Of a DNA stretch of 64,000 nt, positions 37,141 through 48,778 are shown piece after piece (the first letter of the stretch is position 1; every line of letters starts with the position of its first letter). The position numbers and the translations under genes were made by a program. Below the pieces are notes generated by a model that saw nothing but the letters and a program-made list of their open reading frames with translations, had not been told where the DNA came from and ran no database searches. Location: contig VJWM01000144.1 of the NCBI GenBank assembly GCA_010909165.1, forward strand, positions 310,001-374,000. Reading direction: 5' to 3'. Source of the DNA: Anthoceros angustus. Its lineage: Eukaryota > Plantae > Anthocerotophyta.

Positions 37141-37410
37141 TGAAGGGACGTGGTCCCACAGGTAATTCCCATACATCTCTTGAGCTGCTTAAACTGGAAC
37201 TTCCTCTGTAAGGACTAATTGTCCGTCTTGGCCGCCTGTTACCTCTGGCCCTGCTCATAAGCATAATACCTACCTTGGGACCGGTCTTCGAGCTCTGATC
37301 TGAGACCCTGGAGCAAATCCACAAATGATTCTCATTGGTGCCTAGAGTCTCCCACCAGAAACCTGTGCACCTTCTGCTTGTGTTGCACCCAGGACTGGCC
37401 TGGACCTTTG
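37141..37410 (-). pseudogene. Remnant of the PPR 3' end (E+ region) carried along in the inverted duplication
   Basis: Reverse complement matches ~27310-27570 (PGQSW..HK.KVH.FLVGDSRHQ). Confidence 0.8.
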
Positions 37411-37850
37411 CTTGCCGATTCCTCCCGGACAAAAGGTCTCACCCCACAGCGTCCTAAGGCAAGATGCGTCGACAAACCGAAGTCGACGCCAGACGCAGTA
37501 GACATCTATGTCCATAGCATGTAAACCATCAGGTACATCGCATGCTATGTTTATCTGCACCTCTGGCCTCGATCTTCAACGGAAGCCAACAAGAAAGTTA
37601 GAGAGTGAGGGATGGAGGACAGTTGGACAAGTTGGGGATGAAATCAATGTAAAGTGTGAGGCTGGTCGTTGGCGGCCATTCCAAGCACTTGATGCGAGAG
37701 AATCCTGTAGGAATCAATCCTACCCCGTAGTAATGGAGAATAAAGGTGTAGTTGGGCACTTAGAAAATATGGTCCGAGGACGAGGGCCTGCTCACCTCAT
37801 TTTTGCTAGAGCGTAGAAAACATTCAAACAAGCATTTAGCGGCAACAGAG

Positions 37851-38584
37851 ATGGCGCAAGGAAGTTCCTTCCCGCTGCATCCGGCTCTGCAGCCGCTCGC
37901 CTTCTTGCTGGGTACTTGGCGAGGGCAGGGTGAAGGGGGATTTCCCACCATCAAGTCTTTCAAGTATGGCGAGGAGATTCGGCTGTGGCACACGGGCAAG
38001 GTCAGTCCATTTCCGGGCTGCTCTGATGTGCCGCTCTTCTGCTTGCTCCCAGCCTGTCTGCTCAATTTGTCCATGCTCGGATGCAGCCTGTGATTGCATA
38101 CACGCAGAAGACCTGGAAATTCGACTCTGGGGAGCCTATGCATGCTGAGAGTGGATACTGGCGGCCCAAGCCTGACGGTTCCATCGAGGTGGTGATTGCC
38201 CAGAGCACTGGACTGGCGGAGGTTCAGGTGGGCACTCGGTGTATCATGTTCGGCCTCACCTTTTTGAAGACTTGACAAACGGACTTGACAGAATGTTGGA
38301 ATGTGTGCGCAGAAAGGTACCTATGATGCGTCCAAGCAAACCTTACAGCTGCAGAGTGCCGTTGTTGGGAACGCATCCAAGGTACTCTTCTTCTCCAGCC
38401 ACGCTGAGAGTTTCACCCTTCTGTTTGTTTCGAGGGTTACAATCACTTGGTGGTGCAGGTCACTGCAATCTCCAGAACATTTGAGGTTGTAAGTGGAGAA
38501 TTGAAGTACACTGTGGACATGGCAACAACAACTTGCGAATTGCAGAAGCACTTGCAAGCAGTCTTAGTTAAGGTTTTGGAATAG
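37851..38584 (+). CDS. Nitrobindin / THAP4-like heme-binding beta-barrel protein
   Basis: Four exons: [64 protein letters not shown], ..LQKHLQAVL (heme His). Stop at 38582-84. Confidence 0.92.
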
Positions 38585-38768
38585 CAACCAAGGAAAGCCT
38601 CTGCGGCAACCCCCCATCTACGGCAGCAAACTTCGTAGTAAAGGTTTTGGAATAGCAACCAAGGAAAGCCTCTGCGGCAACCCCCCCATCGACGGCAGTA
38701 GTAAAGGTTTTGGAATAGCAACCAAGGAAAGCCTCTTCGGCACCCCCCCATCTGCGGCAGCAAACTTC
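38568..38768. repeat. Three ~65-70-bp tandem copies spanning the nitrobindin stop codon
   Basis: aaggttttggaatagcaaccaaggaaagcctct.. occurs three times. Confidence 0.9.
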
Positions 38769-39053
38769 AAGTGTCTGATCCAACTTGTGAGTTTGCCGAC
38801 TGCAACAAGGCAGAAGGCGTCAGCTCGGGGATTGCTAAAAGGCCTTCCGTGTGGTTTCAAGTTCCCAAGACGCATCAAATTCAGAATCACATTCCAGGCT
38901 TGTCATTCGCCTGTCGCGATACAAATTTTGAGTTGATCAGACCTCTGAATTGCTGTCTGATTCAATGGGCAAATAGGGGCATCATGCCAGCTGCAAACTG
39001 CGGAGAAAGAATGTTTCCGCGTCCATGTGCGTCGGGATCACAGCATACCTTTC

Positions 39054-41346
39054 CTACTTCGACCTCTTGTAGATCTTCCCGAGAAATTTATTAAGCACTC
39101 CCTGCAGGAAACACTGTTAATATACCGTGCACTATATACATCAATGAGGTAAGCCTACCGGTCAACACGGGCTTACTTGAATAGTAGCACTTTCCTGCTG
39201 CCCTATAGCAGCGGTCAGCTTCTCGTAGCTCTCTTGCTCATAGTCCGCGTACACTTTCTGGACGGCATTAGTCGTGGAATCAATACAGGGGAGAGGCTTC
39301 CTCTAAGCAGAGGTGGAGGAGGGTTGTGATGATCAGGGCAAAGGCCCTGGACGACGGGTCCACAGTGCAGGCAAACAGAAATATACCTGCAAATCCAGCT
39401 CGTTGTAGACTTTCTTGATCTCTGCTACCTTGGCAGCATCATGTTTCCCGTAGTTTTTCTGAGATCAGATAGAATGGCTATGAAAATCAAGTTACAAATA
39501 AGGTCCTCAAGATCAACAGCAAGTGGAGTAGAGTACCTCAATCCTTTGCTTCTGTTCGTCATCCGCTCGCTGCAGAGCTTGAACTACCAACCAAGAACAT
39601 TTTGTGTCTTCAATGTCCGTACCAACCTGTTCAGTACACCAATAAGAATATCCTCCAGTGACAACCCGAAAAGGTACAGCAACCAATTACACTCCACACA
39701 TAGGACTGCTTTGTATAACCTCAATACCAACCTTTCCAATAAATTGAGGATCGCCATAGCAGTCCAGAAAATCATCCTGTTACCATATTCACTCATCAGT
39801 TGAGAGGTGAAGACAGAGTCCTACCCAACCATATCAACAGTCTCAGCTGTTATGCTCTGTTCTGGAAACGTAGACATACCTGCACTTGAAAATAGGTGCC
39901 CATCTGTACAAGAATATCCTTCACTGATTCATGCTTGCCCAAGCTTTCTCCAGCCAGCAGCAGAGCACATGCAACCTACGAAACCCACAGGACTGTTGGA
40001 CTAAGGAAAGTACAACCAGCTCAGATCCAAGTGAAGTCATTCGGGGCTTACAGGAAGATAGAATGAATAATAGGCAGTTTTGAACTGAACAATGCGGATG
40101 TATCTGCAAAAAACAATTATGAATCAAGCTCCAGATTGGTCCCATCACCAAGACCGAGTGTAAAATTTTTACAGTTTCAGACATTTTGAAAAGCATATTA
40201 CGTTGGGAGAATATATTTGGACAAGTCAACCTCCCCAGCAGGGGTGGTGATCAAATCAAGCATTTGACCTGAAGACGTTTGATACTCCACCTGGAAAAGG
40301 ACAGAGGAGCCAGACCATTCCGTCACGCAAGATTCCTAACACAAACCCATGGACAATGGGAAGGAGATGGGCTGGTTATTAGATCACATACTTCATTGAA
40401 GAGCTCCACGAGGTCAACATATACAGGATGGTCCCGAAAGTACGTGGTTAAAATTATAAAAATGTGGTTCCGCAAAAGGATCCCATCGTTTATGGCTATA
40501 GAACCCACCTACGAGACATCAAGACCCCAATTCAGCTCTGGTGAAAGAAACGAACACAGGCTTAGGCACAAGGGACTTGCAAATCCTAGTGAGAGGGTGA
40601 TGTACCCGTCTGCATCCTCACCTTCGGGACACGGAACCAGCAAGGCTGTCCTCGACGGGTCACTGAGCTGTCCATGATATCGTCAAGCACAAGAAAATAT
40701 GCCTGAAGCTGCGTGACCGACAAACATGGTCCAGCCTGGGGTAAGAACCAGACAATAACAGCAACACCTCTGAGCATTTACACAGGTGAGATAGAGGAGT
40801 ATCTTACCCACTCAATGCACCATCCAAGAGCGCATGCGAGAAAGACCTCTTGCTCAGACAGCTCTTCGCTTTTTAATTGCCTCAAACTGTCAATCACAGA
40901 CAGTCCCCTATTCAGCTTCCCTGCAATCACAGACGTCAAATGAGGACCCAAACGACACAACACCTTCTGAGAAAGACCAAGACTCTCTGAACAAGAAATG
41001 TGCACATGCCATCCACCACACGGTCGCAAGCTTACCTCCAGGCACATTGTAGTCGAGCATCTGCCCGGGAAAGAAACAAAATGTCAGTGTACACTCCCAC
41101 ATCCGGACAGAAGCGCGAATCACGGAGCTCAGGCATTGGCATCACCTCTTCAACCCAAGCTCGTGACTCGGCCGTGTAAGAGAAAGCCTTGGAATCCGCC
41201 AACAGCAGGCTCTTCAAGGTGTCATAAACAGCCAAAAACGTGGATCTGTCTCCAGCTCCCTGGCTCTTGACGGCATCACCTTTGCCCTCAGATTTCCCAT
41301 TGCTCACAACCTCCTCAGCCACGGGGCCGGCAGCACTCGACGGCAT
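39054..41346 (-). CDS. FPS: Farnesyl diphosphate synthase
   Basis: [38 protein letters not shown] (first Asp-rich motif), GQMLDL, GTYFQVQ|DDFLDC (second Asp-rich motif), ends LGKIYKRSK*. About 12 exons with GT-AG introns. Confidence 0.95.
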
Positions 41347-41796
41347 CGTCCTCAACACAAGGCAAGACGGCCTGAAAAAATGAACACGACTCAAAACATG
41401 CAATCTCCGTAGCTGCATCCCAAGAACTACTACTCAAACCCTCGATCCCAATGCTCCGGTCTTGCTACCAGACACGCATGAAAACGCTTCAATCCTGCAC
41501 TAGTTGTTACCACGAATTCAGATCTGAGAACAGAACAGCACCACGGAAACAGACGCGGCCTTCCAAAGCACTCTTCACGCTCCGTTCGGCCGTCAGAGAA
41601 GCCGGGACTCGAGAATCAATGCAAGGTGGGGCATAGATCTGTCCCCCGGCTTTCCTGGGAAGCGAGGCCTTCAGCAAGGCGGGACCTTTTTCTGCTTCGG
41701 CCTGGCTCCTCGGAGTCCCGACAAGGGCTTTTTTTCCTTTTCATTTTTTCTCTCCTAAAGAGCCGCAAACATTGTTGAACATGCAGCATCAGAGGG

Positions 41797-41915
41797 ATGA
41801 AACGCGATTCTGTCGCCAATCTGCAAACAGATAACAGACCTGACAGCAACATACAACAGTAGAGGAATGAAACGCGATTCTTGGTAATCTGCAAACAGAT
41901 AACAGACCTGATAAC
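41797..41915. repeat. Short duplication in the divergent FPS / pyrophosphatase intergenic region
   Basis: atgaaacgcgattct..aatctgcaaacagataacagacctga occurs twice. Confidence 0.75.
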
Positions 41916-42023
41916 AGTCGTTCATTGGAGCAGAGCTTGGGACTCGAGCTTGGCTCTCTGAAGGCGAAGAGAAGGAGGGGACGAGGGAGCAGAATTCAGA
42001 GACGAGCTTGGCGAGGAGCAGCG

Positions 42024-43703
42024 ATGGCGGTGGCTGGGGTGCGGACTGCCGTGCCCTACTGCGCGCCGGCCACCGCGCGGGTGGTATCCCGGAAGATCGA
42101 GGTGTGCGCTGTTCCTGCGGGCCTGCGCGCCTGCCTCGGGGCATGGAGGGGCCAGGCGGTCCGGCAGCAGCGCAGGCCTGCTCCGGCCAGCGGTTCCAGG
42201 CGGGGCCTCCATTTGCTGCGAGCGCTGCAGCGGCCGGACTACGCGGTGCGGGAGGAAGGGCAGCCGGAGACTCTGGACTACCGCGTCTTCTTCTCTGACA
42301 AGTCGGGGAAGACTGTGAGTAATGCTGGAAGTGTGCATATCTGGCCTGCATTGGTTTCCGAGCTGAGTGAGGCGGGCGGGAGAGTGCATTTTTTTTGCGG
42401 TGCTGTGAGGGGATTTTGTGTGAAGAATTTGGAATCGTTGACGGTGTTCCGTGGAATCATTTTTGCGTTTGCAATGGTGAAGTGAGGGAGTGTGTTTCTT
42501 CGTTCTGGATTGGAGTTGAGTGATGGATGTTAGGAGATTATGAATCGGTTGTTGTTGACAATTCTCTCGTCTGTCAGATTTCCCCTTGGCATGACATCCC
42601 GCTCCATGCTGGAAATGGCCTGTTTAACTTCGTCGTGGAGATTCCGAAGGAAACCAAGGCTAAAATGGAGGTGGCAACTGATGAGACTCACAATCCAATC
42701 AAACAGGATACCAAGAAGGGCAAGCTGCGCTACTATCCGTATGTGCTGTCTATGGTACTCCTCATTCGATGTCTTGGTGGTGTGTAACAGGTTGAATCGT
42801 TTACGACGTCCCAGACTGGGGGAGGAATTGACTCTTCGGTGGAAATCTCAGGTACAACATAAATTGGAATTATGGATTGCTGCCTCAAACTTGGGAGGAT
42901 CCAGAACACTCAAACAAGGAGGTCGAAGGAGCATTTGGTGACAATGATCCAGGTTCGTCCGCACGCTTTGACAAGTTGTCACAAACAGTCTGGTGAGGTG
43001 AAGGGGCAGGCTTCAGGCTTTAGCCGAAATTGAGGTGAAATTGTCTGTTTCTTTCAACATCAGGTGCTCAAGGCCGAGTGTTTGTGTTCTGGTGCAGTGG
43101 ATGTTGTGGAGATCGGGGAGAGACAAGCAAATATTGGGGATGTGGTAAAGGTCAAACCCTTAGCAGTTTTAGCCATGATTGATGAAGGCGAGCTGGACTG
43201 GAAGGTGGTGGCCATTTCTGTGGACGACCCAAAGGCGTATCTAGTCAACGATGTAGAGAGCGTTGAGAAGCACTTTCCGGTATTTATCAAGTTTTGTCTC
43301 TGAATGCAGCTTAGGCTGGGAGTAAGATATTGAGGAGTTTCTCAGCCTGGTCTGTTATTTGATGTGCCCTTCTCATCAGGGAACGTTGACCGCCATTCGA
43401 GACTGGTTCAGGGACTACAAGATCCCTGATGGAAAACCTGCCAACAAGTTCGGACTTGGAAACAAGCCGGCTGATAAAGTATGTCCATCGGCATGACATA
43501 AATCTGGGACAAGGTCTGGCCCTGTGGCCGCGTGTGAGACTTTTCACTAATGGAGGTTGAGTTTTTCCTTGTTCCAGGACTATGCATTGAATGTGATTGC
43601 TGAGACGAACCAGGCTTGGGCAAAACTAGCGAAGAAATCAGCAGGTGCAGATGGCCTTAAGCCAAGAATTTTGAAATTCTTGTTCTCCGGATTTAATGTC
43701 TGA
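42024..43703 (+). CDS. PPA6: Plastid soluble inorganic pyrophosphatase (family I, PPa6-type)
   Basis: Exons 42024-42314, 42578-42738, 42852-42952, 43098-43279, 43380-43478, 43578-43703. Arg/Ala-rich transit peptide; [55 protein letters not shown]. Confidence 0.93.
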
Positions 43704-43758
43704 CAATTATCTGATTCTGAAGATGCTGACAGTATATTCGTGACATGTATGTTTACAG

Positions 43759-45300
43759 CGGCAGCAGTCGCTCCTGAGTCTCTTCAGGCAGATACGTCAG
43801 AGCCTCTTCTGTTGCGAGCAGTCCGTGGAGAAATTGTGGATAGGCCTCCCGTCTGGTTGATGAGACAGGCTGGTAGATATATGAAGGTACGTTTCAAGAG
43901 CACCATTTCGGTTTCGGGGCCAGCTCCTGCTAGCTGGCCTTTTGGAAGAGTGTGGGGTGGCTATTTTCAAAGAGCACTGAGTTCGAAATACGTCTCTTCG
44001 GTCTGCAGGTTTATCAGCAACTATGCGAAAAGTATCCAACCTTTAGGGAGAGATCAGAGAATGTGGATGTGGCTGTGGAAGTGTCCCTGCAACCGTGGAG
44101 AGCGTTCAAGCCAGATGGAGTGAGTGTGCTTGCCGGTTGTATCATGTGGCATGTGGCATGTGGCATGTGGCATGTGGCATGTGGCATGTGGCATGTGGCA
44201 TGTGGCATGTGGCACGCATGTGGCATGAGGCATGAGGTTCACAATGCGTTGCTTCTTGATTTGGGTGCGCAGGTAATTCTCTTCTCGGACATCTTGACAC
44301 CTTTGACAGGGATGAATATACCATTCGATATTTTGAAGAGCAAAGGGCCAGTTATCCACAAGCCGATTCGGACTGCAGCAGACGTTGCTGAAGTTCGAGA
44401 GCTCGTCCCAGAAGAAGCTGTACCTTATGTTGGGGAGGCACTGGCGGCCTTACGTTCAGAGGTATGTCCTGTAGCACGTCGGCTCTTTCAGGGGAGTTTA
44501 GGGTAACCCGGCAGGTGTGCTGCGAAGGTGAATAGTGTCAGTTTTCCTTTGAGCAGATTTGACATTTTCATTTCGTTCAGGTTGGAAATGCGTCCACGGT
44601 ATTGGGCTTCGTTGGTGCTCCTTTCACTCTGGCATCGTATATTGTGGAGGGCGGATCATCCAAGCACTTTACAGTCATAAAAAGACTGGCATTTGAGACG
44701 CCCGAGGTACCTAGTCACCTTTTCATACAGACCTTGCTTATCTAATTTCAAGAGTATTCTGTGTTTAATAGCCGTTGTGTGCAGATTCTGCATTCATTGT
44801 TGCGGAAGCTAGCAGAGTCGGTGATAATCTACACGAGGTACCAAGCAGACAAAGGCGCACAGGCTGTCCAGATTTTTGACTCGTGGGCAACTCATCTTAG
44901 CCCCAAGGATTTTGAGGTTTTCAGCCTTCCATACATCAAGCAGATAGTGAGAGAAGTGAAGGCCACTCATCCTCACCTCCCTCTCATTCTGTACGCAAGT
45001 GGCAGCGGAGGGTTACTGGAGAGAATGGCTACGGCAGACGTAGATGTCATTAGTCTGGACTGGACAGTAGACATGGCGGAAGCCAGGCAGAGGGTAGGAA
45101 CGGATCGCGCAGTGCAGGGCAACATAGATCCAGGAGTCCTGTTCGGAACAAAGGACTTCATCTCTCAGCGGATCCATGAAACTGTAGCTCAAGCGGGGTC
45201 TCGGAAACACATCCTCAACCTTGGACATGGGGTGCTGTTGGGCACGCCGGAGGAGAGCGTCGCTCACTTTTTTGAGGTGGCTAAGAGTCTCAGGTACTAG
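43759..45300 (+). CDS. hemE: Uroporphyrinogen III decarboxylase (plastid HEME2-type), lacking its own transit-peptide exon
   Basis: Exons 43759-43886, 44009-44119, 44273-44461, 44581-44706, 44785-45300. [47 protein letters not shown]. Confidence 0.95.
44143..44235. repeat. (TGGCATG)n 7-bp microsatellite in a UROD intron
   Basis: About 12 units. Confidence 0.95.
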
Positions 45301-45489
45301 TCTCTACTCTAGTGGTATACTAGTTCCTTTTTCGGTGAAAAGATAATAGAAAATGTTCCACGAGCTCTAGTGAGTGTTAGCTACCATATTTCTTGCGGCT
45401 AGACTTCGACAAGTTGATGATAACCCAATGAACTATTATTTATTTATTCACAATGTTAAGGTGATACATAGAGAAAGCGCGCAGAGAAC

Positions 45490-46060
45490 ATACCCACATT
45501 GGCTGAGGAAAGCTCGTAGACCAGACCCACATTGGCTGAGGAAAGCTCCCAGAACAGACCCACATTGGCCGAGACCCACATTGGCTGAGGAAAGCTCGCA
45601 GAACAGACCCACATTGGCCGAGGAAAGCTCTGTTCTCATTGGCTGAGGAAAGCTCGCAAAACAGACCCACATTGGCTGAGGAAAGCTCGCAGTAATGCAC
45701 TCCACATTGGCCGAGGAAAGCTCTGCTCATTGGCTGAGGAAAGCTCGCAAAACAGACCCACATTGGCTGAGGAAAGCTCGCAGAACAGACCCACATTGGC
45801 CGAGGAGAGCTCGCAGAACAGACCCACATTGGCCGAGGAAAGCTCTGTTCTCATTGGCTGAGGAAAGCTCGCAAAACAGACCCACATTGGCTGAGGAAAG
45901 CTCGTAGAACAAACTCACATTGGCTGAGGAAAGCTTGCAGAACAAACCCACATTGGCTGAGGAAAACTCGCAGAACAGACCCACATTGGTTGAGGAAAGC
46001 TCACAAAACAGACCCACATTGGCTGAGGAGAGCTCGTAGAATATACCCATATTCGCTAAG
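45490..46060. repeat. 33-bp minisatellite (cccacattggctgaggaaagctcgcagaacaga)n
   Basis: Many imperfect units, some truncated. Confidence 0.92.
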
Positions 46061-46574
46061 GAACTAACAAAGATTGCCTCCTCAATTTTGTCATTTTGTT
46101 GTCCTCGCCTGCAGGCTTCTTGCATGTGTTGTTTCAATCTGCAAATGCTGAAAATCTGCAGTGCAAATGCTGAAAATATGTAGTATGTTGGAGTGTGACG
46201 GAGTTTTGCTAAAAGTGATGCTAAATCTAGATTACATATATTGAAAATAAACGAGTAAGATAAGTAAGACAAGAGCTTATGGCATTGAAAACAACACAAA
46301 AGTGAGCACTAGACGAGATACATAGAGTGTAACTTTAGGAGACTCTTAGGGGTTTTAATATCTCCAAGGAATGTTTCTTTTTCGTCATATTTTAGGGTGC
46401 ACTTTTTAGTTGCATGAAGAGGTCTAGTTTATGGGGGGATGATGTGAGAATAAAGTATTTGGGATGATTGTTGTAGTCATATAAAACCATATACTTGGAT
46501 TACTGGTGTAGCCACATATACTGGGATTATTGGTGTAGTCACATAATACTACTCATAGAGTACTATTCTATATT

Positions 46575-48192
46575 GAAAAGGAATGTGGAGACTTTATAGA
46601 AAAGAAGAGATGGAAAAACCCATCTACCCTGAGCCAATGGGGAACAACCCAATAAAGAACCAAGAGCCAGGGGGGTAGCCCCCCGAATTTCAATCCCGAA
46701 ACTACCAACCGCCCCAAGTATGTCGTGGTCAGAAATAAGGAAAGGCCAACCTACGACCGGTGCCGCGTCTTCTGCGCCCGTTGCCGTCCGGTAAATAGCA
46801 TTGGCCAACATTCTCTGTAGGGCGATGGAAACCCCTTTGTCGAAAGAAAGCCACCACAGAGGAAAGGCGAAGACCCACCCCGTTCCGTCGACCATGGTAG
46901 GCTTTAGCACAATCCTTTATGAGCTGTTTGAAAACCTTGCCCATGGCCTCGTGGGTCTCAATGGCGAAAGGGATGAAGGCATGGCCGTTCTATATAGGCA
47001 TGTACTTGTGTACTTTGGATATCGCTCTATATAGGCATGTACTTGTGTACTTTGGATATCGCGCATCCCTCCGCCGCCCTACCCCAGAGGATTGATGATG
47101 ATGTGCTCACAAACGGTATCCCGGGCAGGGTTCGTTACGACCACATCCATAGCTATGGAGAACATGACATCGCGAACCCTAAAGTACACAAGTACACGCC
47201 TATGTAGAACGGCCATTGAGACCCGCGAGGCCATGGGCATGGTTTTCATACATCATGAACATGGCATCATGCGTAGGAATAAGGTGCCCTCCAGCTGGAC
47301 AGCGAGCCAGGTGGGACCCAAGGGCGTTGAGGGGGACCCCACAGCTTCAAGATGATGGAGAACAGGCCAAAGGCTAGACCAAGCCTAAACGGAACCTCAT
47401 CGCGGTAGAAAAAGAGGTTGGTGCGATTCCGAAAGCCTGGATGCATGACCGAGCCAGCCAGGAGCCTGCTCCCTTTCCTGAGCAAGAGCGGAGGCGAGCC
47501 CGAGCAGAAAGGGGAATAGTAGAAGAATCCAGAAGAAGAGCCCCCTGTGCCTTCCCAAACTGCATCTCCTAGAGAGAGGCCTGAAGGCCGCACAGCCCGT
47601 CCACGGAGAGCGTGAAAAAGAGAAGCATGGCCGCCCTGGCCTCCAAGGATAAGAAATCTCTAGCCAACCTAAGGGAAAGTTGCAAGGGGAAGGCCCCCTC
47701 CTCAACATCAGAGACGAAAGCCTCCAAGATGGGGGAATCCCGGATTAAGAACCGAGAGGCCAAGATGGGGGCAAAGAGGGCCCAGCTCCCAAGGAAGGTT
47801 GCCGATGCCGAGGCCCCCATGGCCAGCAGACCAGTGCCCCCAAAGGCGATAGATAGAGGCGCTTGCCACCTCACCAAACCCCCTGTGACACACTCGATGT
47901 GCCTAGCCCTTTGATGTCCCCAAGTGCCTGCATAACCTGTTTATCGAAGTTCCCCAAGTTTGATAGAAAAACTGGAGAGGGAGCAATCGTTTTGGTGAAG
48001 TACCCTGGCCGACACTCGAAGCAAGAAGAAAGGATGCCAAATGCCACCAGAGGGTCCCCTAAGTGAGAGAGGTCGCTGCACTTCACGATCTGCAGGATCT
48101 TGACCCTCAAACCTAGGCGGGATATCTCGGAGGAGAAGAGTTCAAACATCTCCTTGACCTTGTCCCCTGGTCCTAAGATATGACCCTAAACC
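46575..48192 (-). mobile_element. 5'-truncated CRE-like non-LTR retrotransposon with 12-bp target-site duplication
   Basis: Direct repeat ctattctatatt at 46563-74 and 48193-204. Minus-strand DVVVTNPARD and FIPFAIETH endonuclease motifs. Homologous to 53560-55000. Confidence 0.75.
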
Positions 48193-48384
48193 CTATTCTA
48201 TATTAGGCTCCTAATTAGTACAATGTGCTGCCCTCTAAAAAGCCCTTAAGGGCTACACTTCAAAAAATTTGGTCTTGTTCTCATGTGTGCACCTTGTATG
48301 TTATTTTTCTACTATAAACGTGCTTCTCTTACTCATTTATTTCCAACATCAACATCTTTCAACATTTTTTATGGTGGTCAATGG

Positions 48385-48500
48385 GGCGGGATACAGGCGA
48401 GGCTTGGATGTGTTGCTAGAGTACTTGGTACTAGGGGAAGGGAAGCCAAAAACTTTAGGCTACCGTATCTTTGTTTGTGACAAGTCGGGGCAGATTGTAA
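48385..48500 (+). pseudogene. Degenerate copy of pyrophosphatase exon 1
   Basis: EYLVLGEGKPKTLGYRIFVCDKSGQI|gtaag versus [26 protein letters not shown]|gtgag at 42237-42319. Confidence 0.7.
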
Positions 48501-48778
48501 GAATTTTGGCATACCTTGCAAGCTGTGTGCGTGACTGCGTGCGCAAGGCACAGGCTGCATATATGCTAAACCCTAAACCCTGCACTTCGGCCTTCAATTT
48601 CTTCAAATTATTTTAAATAAATTTTTAATGTTATTTTCTTTAAAATGGTACAAGCCTTTTGCCAACGCACTTGCTATCAACACAATCGCTGCTCGCCCAG
48701 TGTGAAGACAGGACACGTAGGACAAATACACCCCACACAACATCTTGCACATGAGCGTGACTAATTTTATCACTAATC

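Noticed and set aside
37136-37165. CTGATGA followed by a short hairpin, hammerhead-like
   Set aside because: No GAAA core or stems I/III; it is the epoxide hydrolase stop codon and 3' UTR.
27570-41346. Epoxide hydrolases + FPS as a terpenoid biosynthetic gene cluster
   Set aside because: No terpene synthase, P450 or epoxidase in the window; FPS looks like the housekeeping gene.
45490-46060. 33-bp repeats resembling a CRISPR array
   Set aside because: Units are contiguous with no unique spacers, there are no cas genes, and the context is eukaryotic: a minisatellite.
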